A stretch of 64,000 nucleotides of DNA, from the NCBI GenBank assembly GCA_030264375.1, contig JASCQW010000072.1:49496940-49560939 (forward strand). The letters are read 5' to 3'. Shown here in pieces: positions 1-10,960 of this stretch. This DNA comes from Carcharhinus longimanus. Lineage: Eukaryota. Numbering within the stretch: position 1 is the first letter of the stretch; each line of letters opens with the position of its first letter. Position numbers and translations under genes: made by a program. The notes under the pieces were generated by a model. That model searched no databases and was not told the origin of the DNA. It saw nothing but the letters and a program-made list of their open reading frames with translations.

Positions 1-538
1 CCAATGAACATTCTCAGGTGGTGGGCCTGTGCTCAGTGTCCATCTCAGTTCTCGACACCGTGAGGCCACTTGCACAGTTAAACCGGACACCGGACACCCC
101 AGTATTTACCCGCTTTGCCAAGTCAGCCCTCACCATGCAGCTGCTGAGAAGACACCCCTGCATTACCGCTGGTCTGCTGGGTTTGGTAGCCTCCTGAAAC
201 TGCTGCTGTCAACGAAGCATGACACAGAATCACACATGATCTGCCCAAGACAAGATAGGAGAATGGTCCTTGAATGGGGAAGCAAAGTGCAGATCGCTGG
301 GTGCACAATACATATGTACCATTGTGTAATAGTGGCCTCCAGTGTGGGGGGGGTGCTGATTCCGGTGAGCAGGGATTCTAATTATATGCAAATTAATGGA
401 AGTGATGGCATTCAGAGCAGGAAAGCAACTTGCCATCGGCTGGAGGAGCGAATGATCGCAAACTGGTTTTATGATGACGTAACACTGGTTTTTGCGATCC
501 CATGAAATTTTCCACTCCAGACACAACAATTCCAGTCT

Positions 539-700
539 GCTCTCTCTCTCTCTCTCTGTTTCTGCTCTCTCCATGCCCCTTCTCTCCCTTGCTCATGTTC
601 TCTCCAGATTCCTATTTTCTCCATGTTCTTGCTCTCTCCAGTTTTCTGGACTCCTACTCTCTCCATGTGCTATTTTCTTAATGCTTTGATCTCTGCATGC
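539..700. repeat. CT-rich low-complexity tract with a short (CT)n run
   Basis: (TC)n at ~540-557 followed by degenerate CTCTCTCCA-type repeats. Confidence 0.7.
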
Positions 701-3700
701 TTTTGCTGTCATCTTGGTGTGCCTTCCCATTGCTTCTGCTCTCACTCTGTCTCATAGTTAGTCTTGCTATGTTCGGCAGTCCCTGAACTCATGCTCTATC
801 TGAAAAAGAAGCTGCTCATATTCCTTTCCTTTGCGAGTGCCTGCTCTTACCATTCCCTTGTCAAGGATAAAAATACCTTTGCAGTGAGAAGCAGGCAAAC
901 CCACCCCACTAAAATCTGCAAATAAATAATAGCTTCTTAAAAGTATTAATAAAATACTGAACAAGAAATACTGTAATCATATTAAGAATATAGTATCATA
1001 ATTTAGATGGAAGAATCCACAATTACTAATCCATTTGAAAAGTGGTCCTTAAACCAAAAAAGTTTGAAAAAAATTGCAGTATATTTGCCAGAAACCTTCA
1101 TTTTCAAATCCAGCTGTCCTAGGAATTTAGCATAAACAGGATGAGCACTCTCATTAGGTTACCCTGCTCAAATACCTACAAGTAAATAGATATGTTTTCA
1201 ACAGAGGCCTAGCTCCAGGCACTGCTCCCAGTGTTTTTCTATTTACTTTTTATAAATGGCTGCCTTTTTGACATTGTACCAGGTCAATATGAAACATTTT
1301 AATGTCCCCTCAGGCTAAAATTGTAACCGCATTCATTTTGCTATTGCCTGCCAATTAATGTCAATGGACAATGGAACAAAGACGGCTATAGTCCTCCTGC
1401 CTGCTCACTTTACAAAGTGGAAACTGCAGTTTACTTTCCACATATTCGTTTAAAACCCACTTGTGTAGTCACCAAACATGTCCTGCTGTGATGCAATTAC
1501 ACGTGCACAGGCACTGAGCAAATCATCCTGCCTTTGCAACTTTCATTTTGCCCAAAGACACAATAAAACAAATATTAACTACAATGTTTGGCCTGTAAAC
1601 TCCAAACAACTCCCCCTTAGCTTGTAGAATAGAGTTTTTATGCATTTAAATTCTAAATTCCGGTGACTAATGATTGATCGCTGTTGCTGTCAAATATAAT
1701 CGTTTGTATGTTGCATACACCCTTAAGACTGTTATCTTACCAAGTAAAACTTGCCCTCGTGCCACTGATGCATTTTAAAAGAAAATGGACAGGAAGTTAA
1801 ATGTAGTTTTGTTAAATTAGGATGAATCAGTATCTCAAGTATCAGAAATGTGATTATCAATTAAAAGGATGCTGACAAATTTGAGGCCTGGAGGCTCAGG
1901 CCTCTCAAGTATCGCTGCACTATTCCTGTCTCAATTAATCCATCTCCTACAGGAAACTGCATGAAAGACTTTCAAGGGTCGATTGCAGAACCTGCTCATC
2001 ACTCAATCTTGCTTGGGCAAGTTTGATAATTTCCCAGCTGCTAATAAAGCACATGATGTAGAACAGGACCAAAGAGGGGTCTCAGTTTAGTGGATAATGC
2101 GAATACACCATTCAACTGTGCAATCAAATCATATACCAGGGGATGAATAAAGTAGATTGGATAATAACTCTCTGACAGTTTGTCTGACTCAAGCCCTTAT
2201 ATTCTTCTGACTTCAGGATAATTTGTAATGGTAATGAGCATATTTGGAGCGGGAGGGGGTGCGAATCGACAGGTTAAACCTACTTTATTTCCCCCTCCCC
2301 TGTGAGCAATGTCAAGTGCAATACTTCAGCACACAATTCTTTGCTTTCCAATAATTATAGAGCAAGCGCGTTTGTTTTTAGAACAGTTCAATGTTTCTTT
2401 CAGCTACCTATAGGCTCTACATGCTCTGGTATTCCCTGTTCACTATTTCCTTTATAGTTCTCCATTTAAAGAAANNNNNNNNNNNNNNNNNNNNNNNNNN
2501 NNNNNNNNNNNNNNNNNNNNNNNNNNNNNNNNNNNNNNNNNNNNNNNNNNNNNNNNNNNNNNNNNNNNNNNNNNTTTCCATCCTGACCCCCTCTTTCCTC
2601 CTTTCAGGCACTTGTTCATATGTATCCCTGTGATGAAGCGTTCTTTTAGGTGGCTTTATGTGAAAGTTTGTTTCATTATATTCCTGTGCAGCCAGATATT
2701 CTCTGATGCTAAATGTGCAGCGTAAATGCAAGTTGCAACAGGAACACAGAATTGCCATGCAGTTAGCACCCGAATTGCCTTAATACACACTGACTTGATG
2801 ATTCTGACCCAGGAACTTTCTGTTCACAACAAACTGTCCCAACACATAAAAACCCACAGGGAGCCATTCGTGAAGCCTGGTGAATGTTCAAAAGGCAGTA
2901 TTTTACTGGTTCTGGAATAAAATCTACATAGTTCACAAATGAGAAGCTTTCTCTGTTTAGAAAGATTTTGGAAATGTTGCTGACAAGGCATAGCTATTTA
3001 CCCGGCTCCCCAAACACAGAATTCCACGCTGTATAAACAGCCCAATATAGAGCAGTGAAAAAGGATTGTCTTGTAAACCTGTAAATTGAAACACGTGTCC
3101 ATTGCCAATCAGCTCAGCACTGTTATGAGTAATTGTTAAACTTCCAAACTTTCTGCACACACACTGACAATGACTAGTGAAATCATCCACATTTCTTTCA
3201 CTACTTATTTTTCTCCTTAATATCACATCTAAATTGATTGTACAATAGCCTTGTCACTATGGTGTTATGAAACTTGGCCCAAAAAGAACACTTTAAAATC
3301 AATGTCAAATTTGTGCCAATACAGTATTAAGTTTGCCAATCCTGCTTTTAATCGAGTCAAGCCTAGCATTCATTTAGATTAGCTAGCAGATCACCCTTGA
3401 CAAAGCTCATAGAGAATCAGAGGGAACACACTTCCTTTATAATCGAGTGCCATAATTTAGGAAAAAATGCAGTCTCGGAACCATCCATTTGCCACTAACT
3501 AAATAATTTGAATTGGCTTTCTGTGATTTTTATCAGTGCTTTGGAAATCTATAATGTTCATTTTTCTGTGAAAACCATCTATGATGATTCTTTAAAAAAT
3601 GTTTTTATATTTTGTGCTTGTTAATTGCTTTTTTATTTGGTCTTCTTTAAAATCTTAGGACACATATGAAGATTGCAGCAGATTGTCACTTGGTAGAGAA

Positions 3701-3876
3701 TGGAATGGTCATAAAAGGTTTACAGGGCAAGAGGAGGCCATTTGGGCCATCAAGACTATGCTGGGCTTTCTGAAAAAGCAATTTAGTTAGGCCCATTCCC
3801 TTTCCTTTCCACATAACCTGAAAGATTTTTCGCCTCAGGTGATTATCTAATTGTCTTCTGAAAACTGCAATTGACA

Positions 3877-4320
3877 GGCAGCACAGTAGCACAGTGGTTA
3901 GCACTGCTGCTTCACAGCTCTAGGGTCCTGGGTTCGATTCCTGGCTCGGGTTACTGTCTGCGTGGGTTTCCTCCGGGTGCTCTGGTTTCCTCCCACAGTC
4001 CAAAGATGTGCGGGTTACGTTGATTGGCCATGCTAAAAAATTGCCCCTTAGTGTCCAGGGATGCGTAGGTTAGAGGGATTAGTAGATATGATATGGGGGT
4101 AGGGCCTGGGTGGGATTGTGTTCGGTGCAGACTCGATGGGCCGAANNNNNNNNNNNNNNNNNNNNNNNNNNNNNNNNNNNNNNNNNNNNNNNNNNNNNNN
4201 NNNNNNNNNNNNNNNNNNNNNNNNNNNNNNNNNNNNNNNNNNNNNCCTGGGTGGGATTGTGTTCGGTGCAGACTCGATGGGCCGAAGGGCCTCTTTCTGC
4301 ACTGTAGGGTTCTATGATTC
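3877..4320 (+). mobile_element. HE1-like V-SINE (tRNA-derived) spanning a 100-N gap
   Basis: tRNA-like head GGCAGCACAGTAGCACAGTGGTTAGCAC...GGTTCGATTCC, V-core TGGGTTTCCTCCGGGTGCTCTGGTTTCCTCCCACAGTCCAAAGA and CR1-type tail GATGGGCCGAAGGGCCTCTTTCTGCACTGTAGGGTTCTATGA. Confidence 0.85.
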
Positions 4321-5295
4321 TTGACTATTTCTCACCTATCTAACTACCCAGTCAGTGCATCCCAGGTCATAACCACTTGCTGCCTAAAAAAGCTTTACAA
4401 GTTGCTTTTCAAACCAGGTGAAGAATAGTTCCACCTATTTCAGAGGTCAACCATGAAAAAAAATGTAATCGGTAAGTCTGATTGCGAAAAGCATGACATA
4501 AATTGTGTGAAATATTAAAAGAAGCAAGTGTTTTTTTCATGGCAAGTATGAGCACTTTTAGGCAGAGTTAGGGTTGGATATGATATGATATTTTATGCTT
4601 TTATTTCACTGTCTGGGGAAAATGCACACACACATCGCATCTGTATGCCTTTCCCATTTCATTTTGCCTGTAGCAAGGATTTATCCTTTATAACATGGAA
4701 CAGAATTTAATGAAGTTTCTGGAAGCGCAAACTGTGGTGAGCAGGGTGAGTTAATTATGTGAGAACTGAACTGTCAAAATTACAGTGACAGATTCAGAAT
4801 GAAAAATTAAACTGGCAGTGTGGCAGTGGCAAGTCGGGCCTCAAGCCATCCCGTGGCAGGTTCCTACAGAATATATTTTGAAACGTTTTCATGCCATGGA
4901 TATTTATTTTCTTAATTTTTGAATTACCTTCAGAATTAAGTCAGTGGCAAACGTAACTTTGTGGTAGCCGATCCACATTTATCTAAATGCAGTGTGCACT
5001 AGGCGGCTTTGTGCCATGTAACAGCTGTGAAAAGTATTACATGGCCTGTCACTTTAAATCTAAAATGGCAGCCAATAATACCCTGGGGGCAAACCAAAGA
5101 GCACTTCATCAAAGTTGTGTTCAATTCAAGTCACTGCTTTGAAAGCATTAATTTGGGAGCAGAATGTGAGACTGGTTGGCAGTTGGCTGCACATTTGCAA
5201 AACATTTTAGGCAGTTGCACCAACAAATGAGAATGTGAAAAGCACGTAATGCACTTGCGAGCACCTTGGTGAATATAAAATGGGGTAGAAGGAGT

Positions 5296-5763
5296 TCATA
5301 GAATCCTTACAGTGCAAAAGGAGACCATTAGGCCCATTGAGCCTGCACCAACAATTCCTGCCAAGCCCCATCCCCATAACCCCGTGTATTTGCCCTATGA
5401 ATCACCCTGACAATGAAGGGCAATTTAGCATGACCAATCAACCTAACCTGCACATNNNNNNNNNNNNNNNNNNNNNNNNNNNNNNNNNNNNNNNNNNNNN
5501 NNNNNNNNNNNNNNNNNNNNNNNNNNNNNNNNNNNNNNNNNNNNNNNNNNNNNNNTCACCCTGACAATGAAGGGCAATTTAGCATGACCAATCAACCTAA
5601 CCTGCACATTTTGGACTGTGGGAGGAAACCGGAGCACTTGGAGGAAACCCACACAGACACAGGGAGAACATGCAAACACAGACAGTCACCCGTGGCCAGA
5701 ATCGAACCTGTGTCCCTGGCAATGTGCGGCAGCAGTGCCAACCACTGTGCCATCATGCTGCCC
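5296..5763 (-). mobile_element. HE1-like V-SINE
   Basis: Reverse complement of the same head, V-core and tail; interrupted by a gap with duplicated flanks. Confidence 0.85.
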
Positions 5764-6796
5764 TTTTTTATGCAACGAGTTGCAAATGCTCCTTTTATTT
5801 CAGGAACAATTAAATACCAAAGACTTGCCCTTATTCTGTGCAGAATGGTTGCTTTTTTCCAAGGTTCAGTTTGTGTGCTCCAGGGGTGACATGTGTAGCA
5901 TTTTATAGGTTGTCACACACAGGTGCATCAAAGAGGTGCCAATGTCCATTTCTGTCATGCCACTAAGTGAAAGCCCCAATTGTACTCCACAAATCCAAAC
6001 AATGGAGTTATGTTTTTTGGATCTGGCAGTTACTAAACCTGTCAGGTGATTAAAATTGCTAGAGCAATTGGCAATGAAGGACTTAATCGCATTAACACAT
6101 CAGGATTCTCTTGGACTACATTGATCATGTTGTCATGTCCAATTTTCCTTTAAAATGCATGCATTGCAATAGTCTCGAAATGCAGGACAATTATTTTAAA
6201 TCACACATATATACTGTGGTTAATGTATAAGGCTCCTCATCCCACATGTCTGGCCCTATCTTGGTACTTCAGCAACTTCTCCAGTAGCTATTGTTACTCC
6301 CAGCACTTGTAGGGGTTGTCTACCTTCAACTATAACTTCTGTTCTACCCTTGAATAGGGTGTCGATATTGTGTCCTTTTATCTTTAACAAGTCTTCTTGG
6401 AACTTTGAGATTATGGTTGATAATACTATCCAGGAGAAATCACAGCACCCACCCTTAACACAACATTGACTCACGAATTAGTTAATCGATTCTCTGGGTC
6501 TTTGCCTGAATGCCATGAATTCTACTTGTGGATGCTGAAAATCATCTTAACCGTGGTGACCCCTCCCCAGAATAAGTAAAATGACAGATGGAATTTTGGT
6601 GATTGAAAGTGAGAGAATGAGTGTTGATATTTGACCTCTGCTGATGGACAGGAGGAAGCTCCACCTTCATATTGTGAGGTTCGAGGTATATACCAGGCAC
6701 ATAGACAGTGATGGAAGGAATGTCAAATTCTAGTTTAAAGTAAAAATGGAGAATTACTATCTTGCACAGTAATCCCGCTGACTCAAAACAAAAGTA

Positions 6797-7122
6797 AGAA
6801 GTCTCACAACATCAGGTTAAAGTCCAACAGGTTTATTTGGTAGCAAAAGCCATTAGCTTTCGAAGCACTCGCTGCTCCTTCGTCAGTTGAGTGGGATTTC
6901 AGTTCACATAAGGGCATGCAAAGACACAAACTCAATTTACAAAAGAATGGTTGGAGTCTTTTTAGGTAACCAAGTCTTAAAGGTACAGACAATGTGAGTG
7001 GAGAGAGGGTTAAGCACAGGTTAAAGAGATGTGTATTGCCTTCAACCAGGACAGTTAGTGAGATTTTGCAAGCCCAGGCAAGTCATGGGGGTTACAGATA
7101 GTGTGATATGAACCCAAGATCC
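6797..7122 (-). mobile_element. Penelope-like element 3' part (end of GIY-YIG ORF, 3' UTR, pseudo-LTR)
   Basis: Minus strand ends an ORF with DLGFISHYL*, resembling the NRDLGFMSHY C-terminus of vertebrate Penelope ORFs. It continues into a pLTR with CTGACGA-stem-GAAA and AAATAAACCTGTTGGACTTTAACCTG, shared with copies at 9114-9346, 50296-50395 and 61120-61315. Confidence 0.85.
6855..6890 (-). ncRNA. Hammerhead-ribozyme-like core in Penelope pLTR
   Basis: CUGACGA-A-GGAGCA(gcgag)UGCUUC-GAAA-GCU on the minus strand: both conserved boxes flank a 6-bp helix II. Helix I/III and the cleavage triplet were not unambiguously identified. Confidence 0.55.
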
Positions 7123-7222
7123 NNNNNNNNNNNNNNNNNNNNNNNNNNNNNNNNNNNNNNNNNNNNNNNNNNNNNNNNNNNNNNNNNNNNNNNNNNNNNN
7201 NNNNNNNNNNNNNNNNNNNNNN

Positions 7223-7348
7223 AAACCCACACAGACATGGGGAGAACGTGCAGACTCCGCACAGTCAGTGACCCAAGCCGGGAATCAAACCTGGGTCCCT
7301 GGCGCTGAGAGGCAGCAGTGCTGACCACTGTGCCACCCATGCTGCCCC
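7223..7348 (-). mobile_element. HE1-like V-SINE 5' part
   Basis: Reverse-complement tRNA-like head and start of V-core, truncated by the gap at 7123-7222. Confidence 0.8.
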
Positions 7349-7540
7349 ATATGGTCAACTCTCTAGAGTGGGAGTTGAACTCGCAGCCCTCGTGACTCAA
7401 GGGGGTACATATATTACCCACTGAGCCACAGGCGGAGGGGGGCAGTTCCTCTCGGTTCACCGATGTTAAGGATGAGCCTGACCGCGACTCGCTCTCCCAG
7501 CGTTGAATACCTCGATGTGTGACCCTTGTTCTTCCCGCAG

Positions 7541-7694
7541 GTTTGAGAGGAGCCATGGCCTTTGCTCTTGCCATCCGGGACACCGCCACCTACGCCCGGC
7601 AAATGATGTTCACCACCACCCTGCTCATTGTCTTCTTCACCGTCTGGGTCTTCGGGGGAGGCACTACACCAACGTTGTCATGGTTACGGATCAG
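7541..7694 (+). CDS. SLC9A7: Single internal exon of an endosomal/Golgi Na+/H+ exchanger (NHE7-like; NHE6 not excluded), last transmembrane segments
   Basis: Translates (G)[50 protein letters not shown](R), the NHE6/7 signature; MMFTTTLL and TPxLSWL favour NHE7. Acceptor ccttgttcttcccgcag|GT at 7540/7541 (phase 1), donor ATCAG|gtcagc at 7694/7695 (phase 2). May be a displaced, non-functional copy. Confidence 0.85.
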
Positions 7695-7855
7695 GTCAGC
7701 ATCTAACTCCATTCTGAATGGCTACTGTGGGTCGGGTTTTATTTAACTTGAATTTTGTCACAAGAACATTCATTTAACCAGTAGGTTGCTCAGCTGGATC
7801 TGCCACTGCACTGAAGTGTTTGCTTTTCAGATTCCCCTCTAAGTAAAGAAGAGGA

Positions 7856-8492
7856 GAATCCCCATAGTGCAAAAGGAGGCCACTCGGCCCATCCAGTCTG
7901 CACCGACTCTCCGAAAGAGCTCCTTACCCAGGCCCTCCCCTCCACCCAATCCCACAGCTTTACCTTGCTAATCCAGCTAACCTACACATCTTTGGACATT
8001 AAGGGGCAATTTAGAATGGCCAATCTGCCCAACCTGCACATCTTTGTACTGTGGGAGGAAACCAGAGCACCAGAAGGGCAGCACGGTGGCACAGTGGTGA
8101 GCACTGATGCCTCACAGCTCCAGGGACCTGGGTTCGATTCCTGGCTCGGGTCACTGTCTGTGCGGAGTTGGCACATTCTCGCCGTGTCTGCCTGGGTTTC
8201 CTCCGGGCGCTCAGGTTTCCTCCCACAGTCCAAAAGACGTGCTGATAAGCTGCATTGGCCATGCTAAATTCTCCCTCCGTGTCCCCAAAGAGGTGTTGGA
8301 GTGTGACGACTCGGGGGGTTTTCACAGTAATTTCATTGTAGTGTTAATGTAAGCCTACATTACAAAAGTAAACCCATGCAGACATGGGGAGACCGTACGA
8401 ACTCCACACAGACGATCACCCAAGGCTGGAATTGAACCCAGGTCCCTAGCGATGTGAAGTAGCAGTGCTAACCACTGTGCCACTGTTCCACC
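7856..8492 (-). mobile_element. HE1-like V-SINE split by a nested SINE
   Basis: Tail and V-core at 7856-8075 (...GGGAGGAAACCAGAGCACCAGAAG) resume at ~8370 (AAACCCATGCAGACATGGGGAGA...) through to the head at ~8492. Confidence 0.8.
8076..8358 (+). mobile_element. V-SINE with alternative 3' tail, nested in an opposite-strand V-SINE
   Basis: Same head and V-core, but tail ...TTTTCACAGTAATTTCATTGTAGTGTTAATGTAAGCCTAC, also present at 18680-18725. Confidence 0.8.
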
Positions 8493-8689
8493 ACTTCCCA
8501 GGAGTATCTTGCTAAGACTTGGGAACTTTGAATCTTAAAGCCCAGAAATGAGTAGTTTGACTCCGTGTACCGGTTCTCTGGGAATGTTGTCCAATTAGTT
8601 CCATTCCCCTGCCCTTCTTTCTGCAGAAGTCCAATTCCATTTTGAAAGTGATCATTGAATCTACAGCCAGCACATTCCAGATTGTAGCA

Positions 8690-9007
8690 TCATAGAATCC
8701 TACAATGCCGAAGGAGGCCATTTGGCCCATCGAGTCTGCACCGACAACAATCCCACTCAGGCCCCATCCCCATAACACTATGCATTTACCCTAGCTAGTC
8801 CTCTGACACTAAGGGTCAATTTAGCATGGACAATCAACCTAACCACATCCTTTGGAGCATGGGAGGAAACCAGAGCACCTGGAGGAAACCCACACAGAGA
8901 CGTGGAGAATGTGCAGACTCCACACAGCCAGTGACCCCAGCTGGAATCGAACCCAGGTCCCTGGTACTGTGAGACAGCTGTGCTAATCACTGCCATCGTA
9001 CCACCCC
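8690..9007 (-). mobile_element. Full-length HE1-like V-SINE
   Basis: Reverse-complement tail (TCATAGAATCCTACAATGCCGAAGGAGGCCATTTGGCCCATCGAG), V-core and tRNA-like head. Confidence 0.85.
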
Positions 9008-9113
9008 ATGACTTGCAGAGTTTTTGTTTATATATTTTTTCTAAAAAAAAAAGCCTGTCTTGTGGTAATGGTAAGTGCCAAATATTTTGGCAGCTGTGGC
9101 TTTAATAGCTGGA

Positions 9114-9346
9114 AGAAGTCTCACGACAACAGGTTAAAGTCCAACAGGTTTGTTTGGTAGCAAAATCCACTGGCTTTCGGAGTGCTGCTCATTTGTCAGG
9201 TAAGTTCACAGAGCTCCCACTTATCTGACGAAGGAGCAGCTCTCTGAAAGCTAGTGGCGTTTGCTACCAAATAATCCTATTGGACTTTAACCTGGTGTTG
9301 TGAGACTTCTTACTCTGTTTACCCCAACGCTGGCATCTCCACGTCA
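9114..9346. mobile_element. Inverted pair of Penelope pseudo-LTRs with 3' extension
   Basis: 9114-9203 is an imperfect reverse complement of 9218-9310. The + copy carries CTGACGA (9225) and GAAA (9246) and the tail ACCCCAACGCTGGCATCTCCACGTCA, also seen at ~61290-61313. Confidence 0.85.
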
Positions 9347-10039
9347 TCAAAACAAAAGTAGCAGGTAGTCTAATTTGGAAGGTTCTGAAGCAGGGTGGGA
9401 AGGGTGCAAGGCTGCGCTAGGTAGCTTCTTCTGGAGTGCCCTCAAGCTTGTTGGTGCCACAAGTGTGAACAGGAGTCAGCTTAGTTAGAAAGGAGTACGA
9501 CCTCCTTGGGAAGAAAGCTTCTGAAAGCCATTGCCTCCAATAGCACTTTTAAAGAGGTAGTCAGAACTCAGTGGCTTCACATCACAGTCGCTGCATCTCA
9601 GATGGGTCAAAGAACATCCACATTGACCATGAATATCTGATTGGTCATTATCTCATCAACGACTGGAACACAGAGCTAGTTATGCTCCAGGTTTACATAT
9701 CTAAAATGCTGTCTTGACCACTTCAGTGTGTGTGCCAACTTCTGAGGTTCAAGGCAGTATCAATCACCATGCAAGCAAGGCCAGAAAAGTTGTGGACCCT
9801 TATATTTCCCATCACTTTCTTGACTTTCCTGACCCTTCCTTCTCATCTTCAAAGTTTCATTTCAGAGAGCAGGCAAAGGGACACATGGATCCAGGGCTCA
9901 AAACTACCTTTGTCAGGCTCCTAATGAAAGAGATGGAGATGAAGGAGGGGAAGGCGACGTTGGTTGCAGTTCCAGCAGGAAGCCCTGCCTGAGGGACATG
10001 GTCAAGAGGAACTGGAGCATGAGCAGGAGAGTCAGGAGG

Positions 10040-10960
10040 CTAGACCCAGACAAGAGGGGTTACTCAGCAACAAGAGTTTATTGTAGAAGAATCTCCTATT
10101 TAGGTATGAGTGAGATTCACTGCCGAGATCTGGTACATCACATATGCCACTTTCTTTGGGAAAACCTGTTGCCAAGTGGAGGTCATCCACTACCTGCTTT
10201 GAAGGTGATCGCAGTGCTCAGTTTCTTTGCATCTCAGTCTTTCCAGGTATCAACAAGGGACCTGTGTAGCATTAAGGAGGTCACTGATTTATTTTACAGG
10301 ATGCGTGTCATTATGTCAGGGTTTCTCTGGATGAAGATAGCCAGGCTGTGAGATTCCCAGGGATGCAGGTTGCAATTGACTGCAGCCCATGTAGCTATAC
10401 GGGCTCCGTGGCAGTAGCCCCAAATGTTTACAAATTGCAAGAGTGACCATTTCATCAATATTCAACTGCGTTGTGTACAAACATGGGAGTTGCCATGACT
10501 CCTACATCCTGAGTCACTCCCAGGTACCTGTGATTTTCAAGAGACCTGTTCATCTGCAGTGATGGCTGACTGGGGATAAGGGGCATCTACAGAAATGCTG
10601 GCTGATGAGACCAGAGAGTTGGCTTCAGAGTTGTTCCAAGGAGGGATACAATGTTGCTCATAGCTCCACATGCTTCCTTATAGCAGGCCAAAGGGCTTCT
10701 GAAGGTGTGCCTCAGGTGTTTGATTTGCTTACAATATATTGCTAATAGGGTTTCCACATCACCAGAGTGTGCTGCACCCTTTACAAACCGGTAAAGAGGT
10801 GATCGCTTGCCAGATAATGAACTACAGGAGAATGAGAGCTCATCAGAAGATGAAGATCTCAAAGCCCAGGAACCTCGGGAGGCTGCTATAGGTCAGAATG
10901 AGCGCAATGATGATGTAAAGGAAGACATTGAAGATGTGCCAGTGATACTTTAATTACTGA
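10040..10960 (+). mobile_element. Decayed PIF/Harbinger DDE transposase (HARBI1-like)
   Basis: Ordered motifs across frameshifts: LPALKVIAVLSFFASQSFQ, FPGMQVAIDC/HVAIRAP, FTNCKSDHFINIQL, HGSCHDSYILSHSQVP, WLTGDKG, YNVAHSST, LKVCLRCL, then an acidic tail. Confidence 0.88.

Noticed and set aside
29-505. 158-aa ORF at the window start
   Set aside because: Non-ATG start, no recognisable domain, and it ends in a MITE-like terminus (GAAATTTTCCAC); probably repeat-derived.
3877-3950. tRNA-like sequences with A and B boxes (also 8076, 18503, 36215)
   Set aside because: SINE heads without a full cloverleaf; most run directly into the V-core.
4105-4286. Direct repeat of ~40 bp on both sides of a 100-N gap
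   Set aside because: Identical SINE sequence either side of a fixed-size gap indicates an unmerged contig overlap, not a biological duplication.
5403-5609. 54-bp direct repeat flanking a 100-N gap
   Set aside because: Same assembly-overlap pattern inside one SINE.
9004-9016. 13-bp inverted match CCCCATGACTTGC to the Penelope 3' UTR at 7078-7090
   Set aside because: Short and partly overlapping the SINE head boundary; cannot be distinguished from chance, so not used as evidence.
10040-10960. Domesticated HARBI1 gene
   Set aside because: Multiple frameshifts, stops and deletions; it is a transposon fossil.
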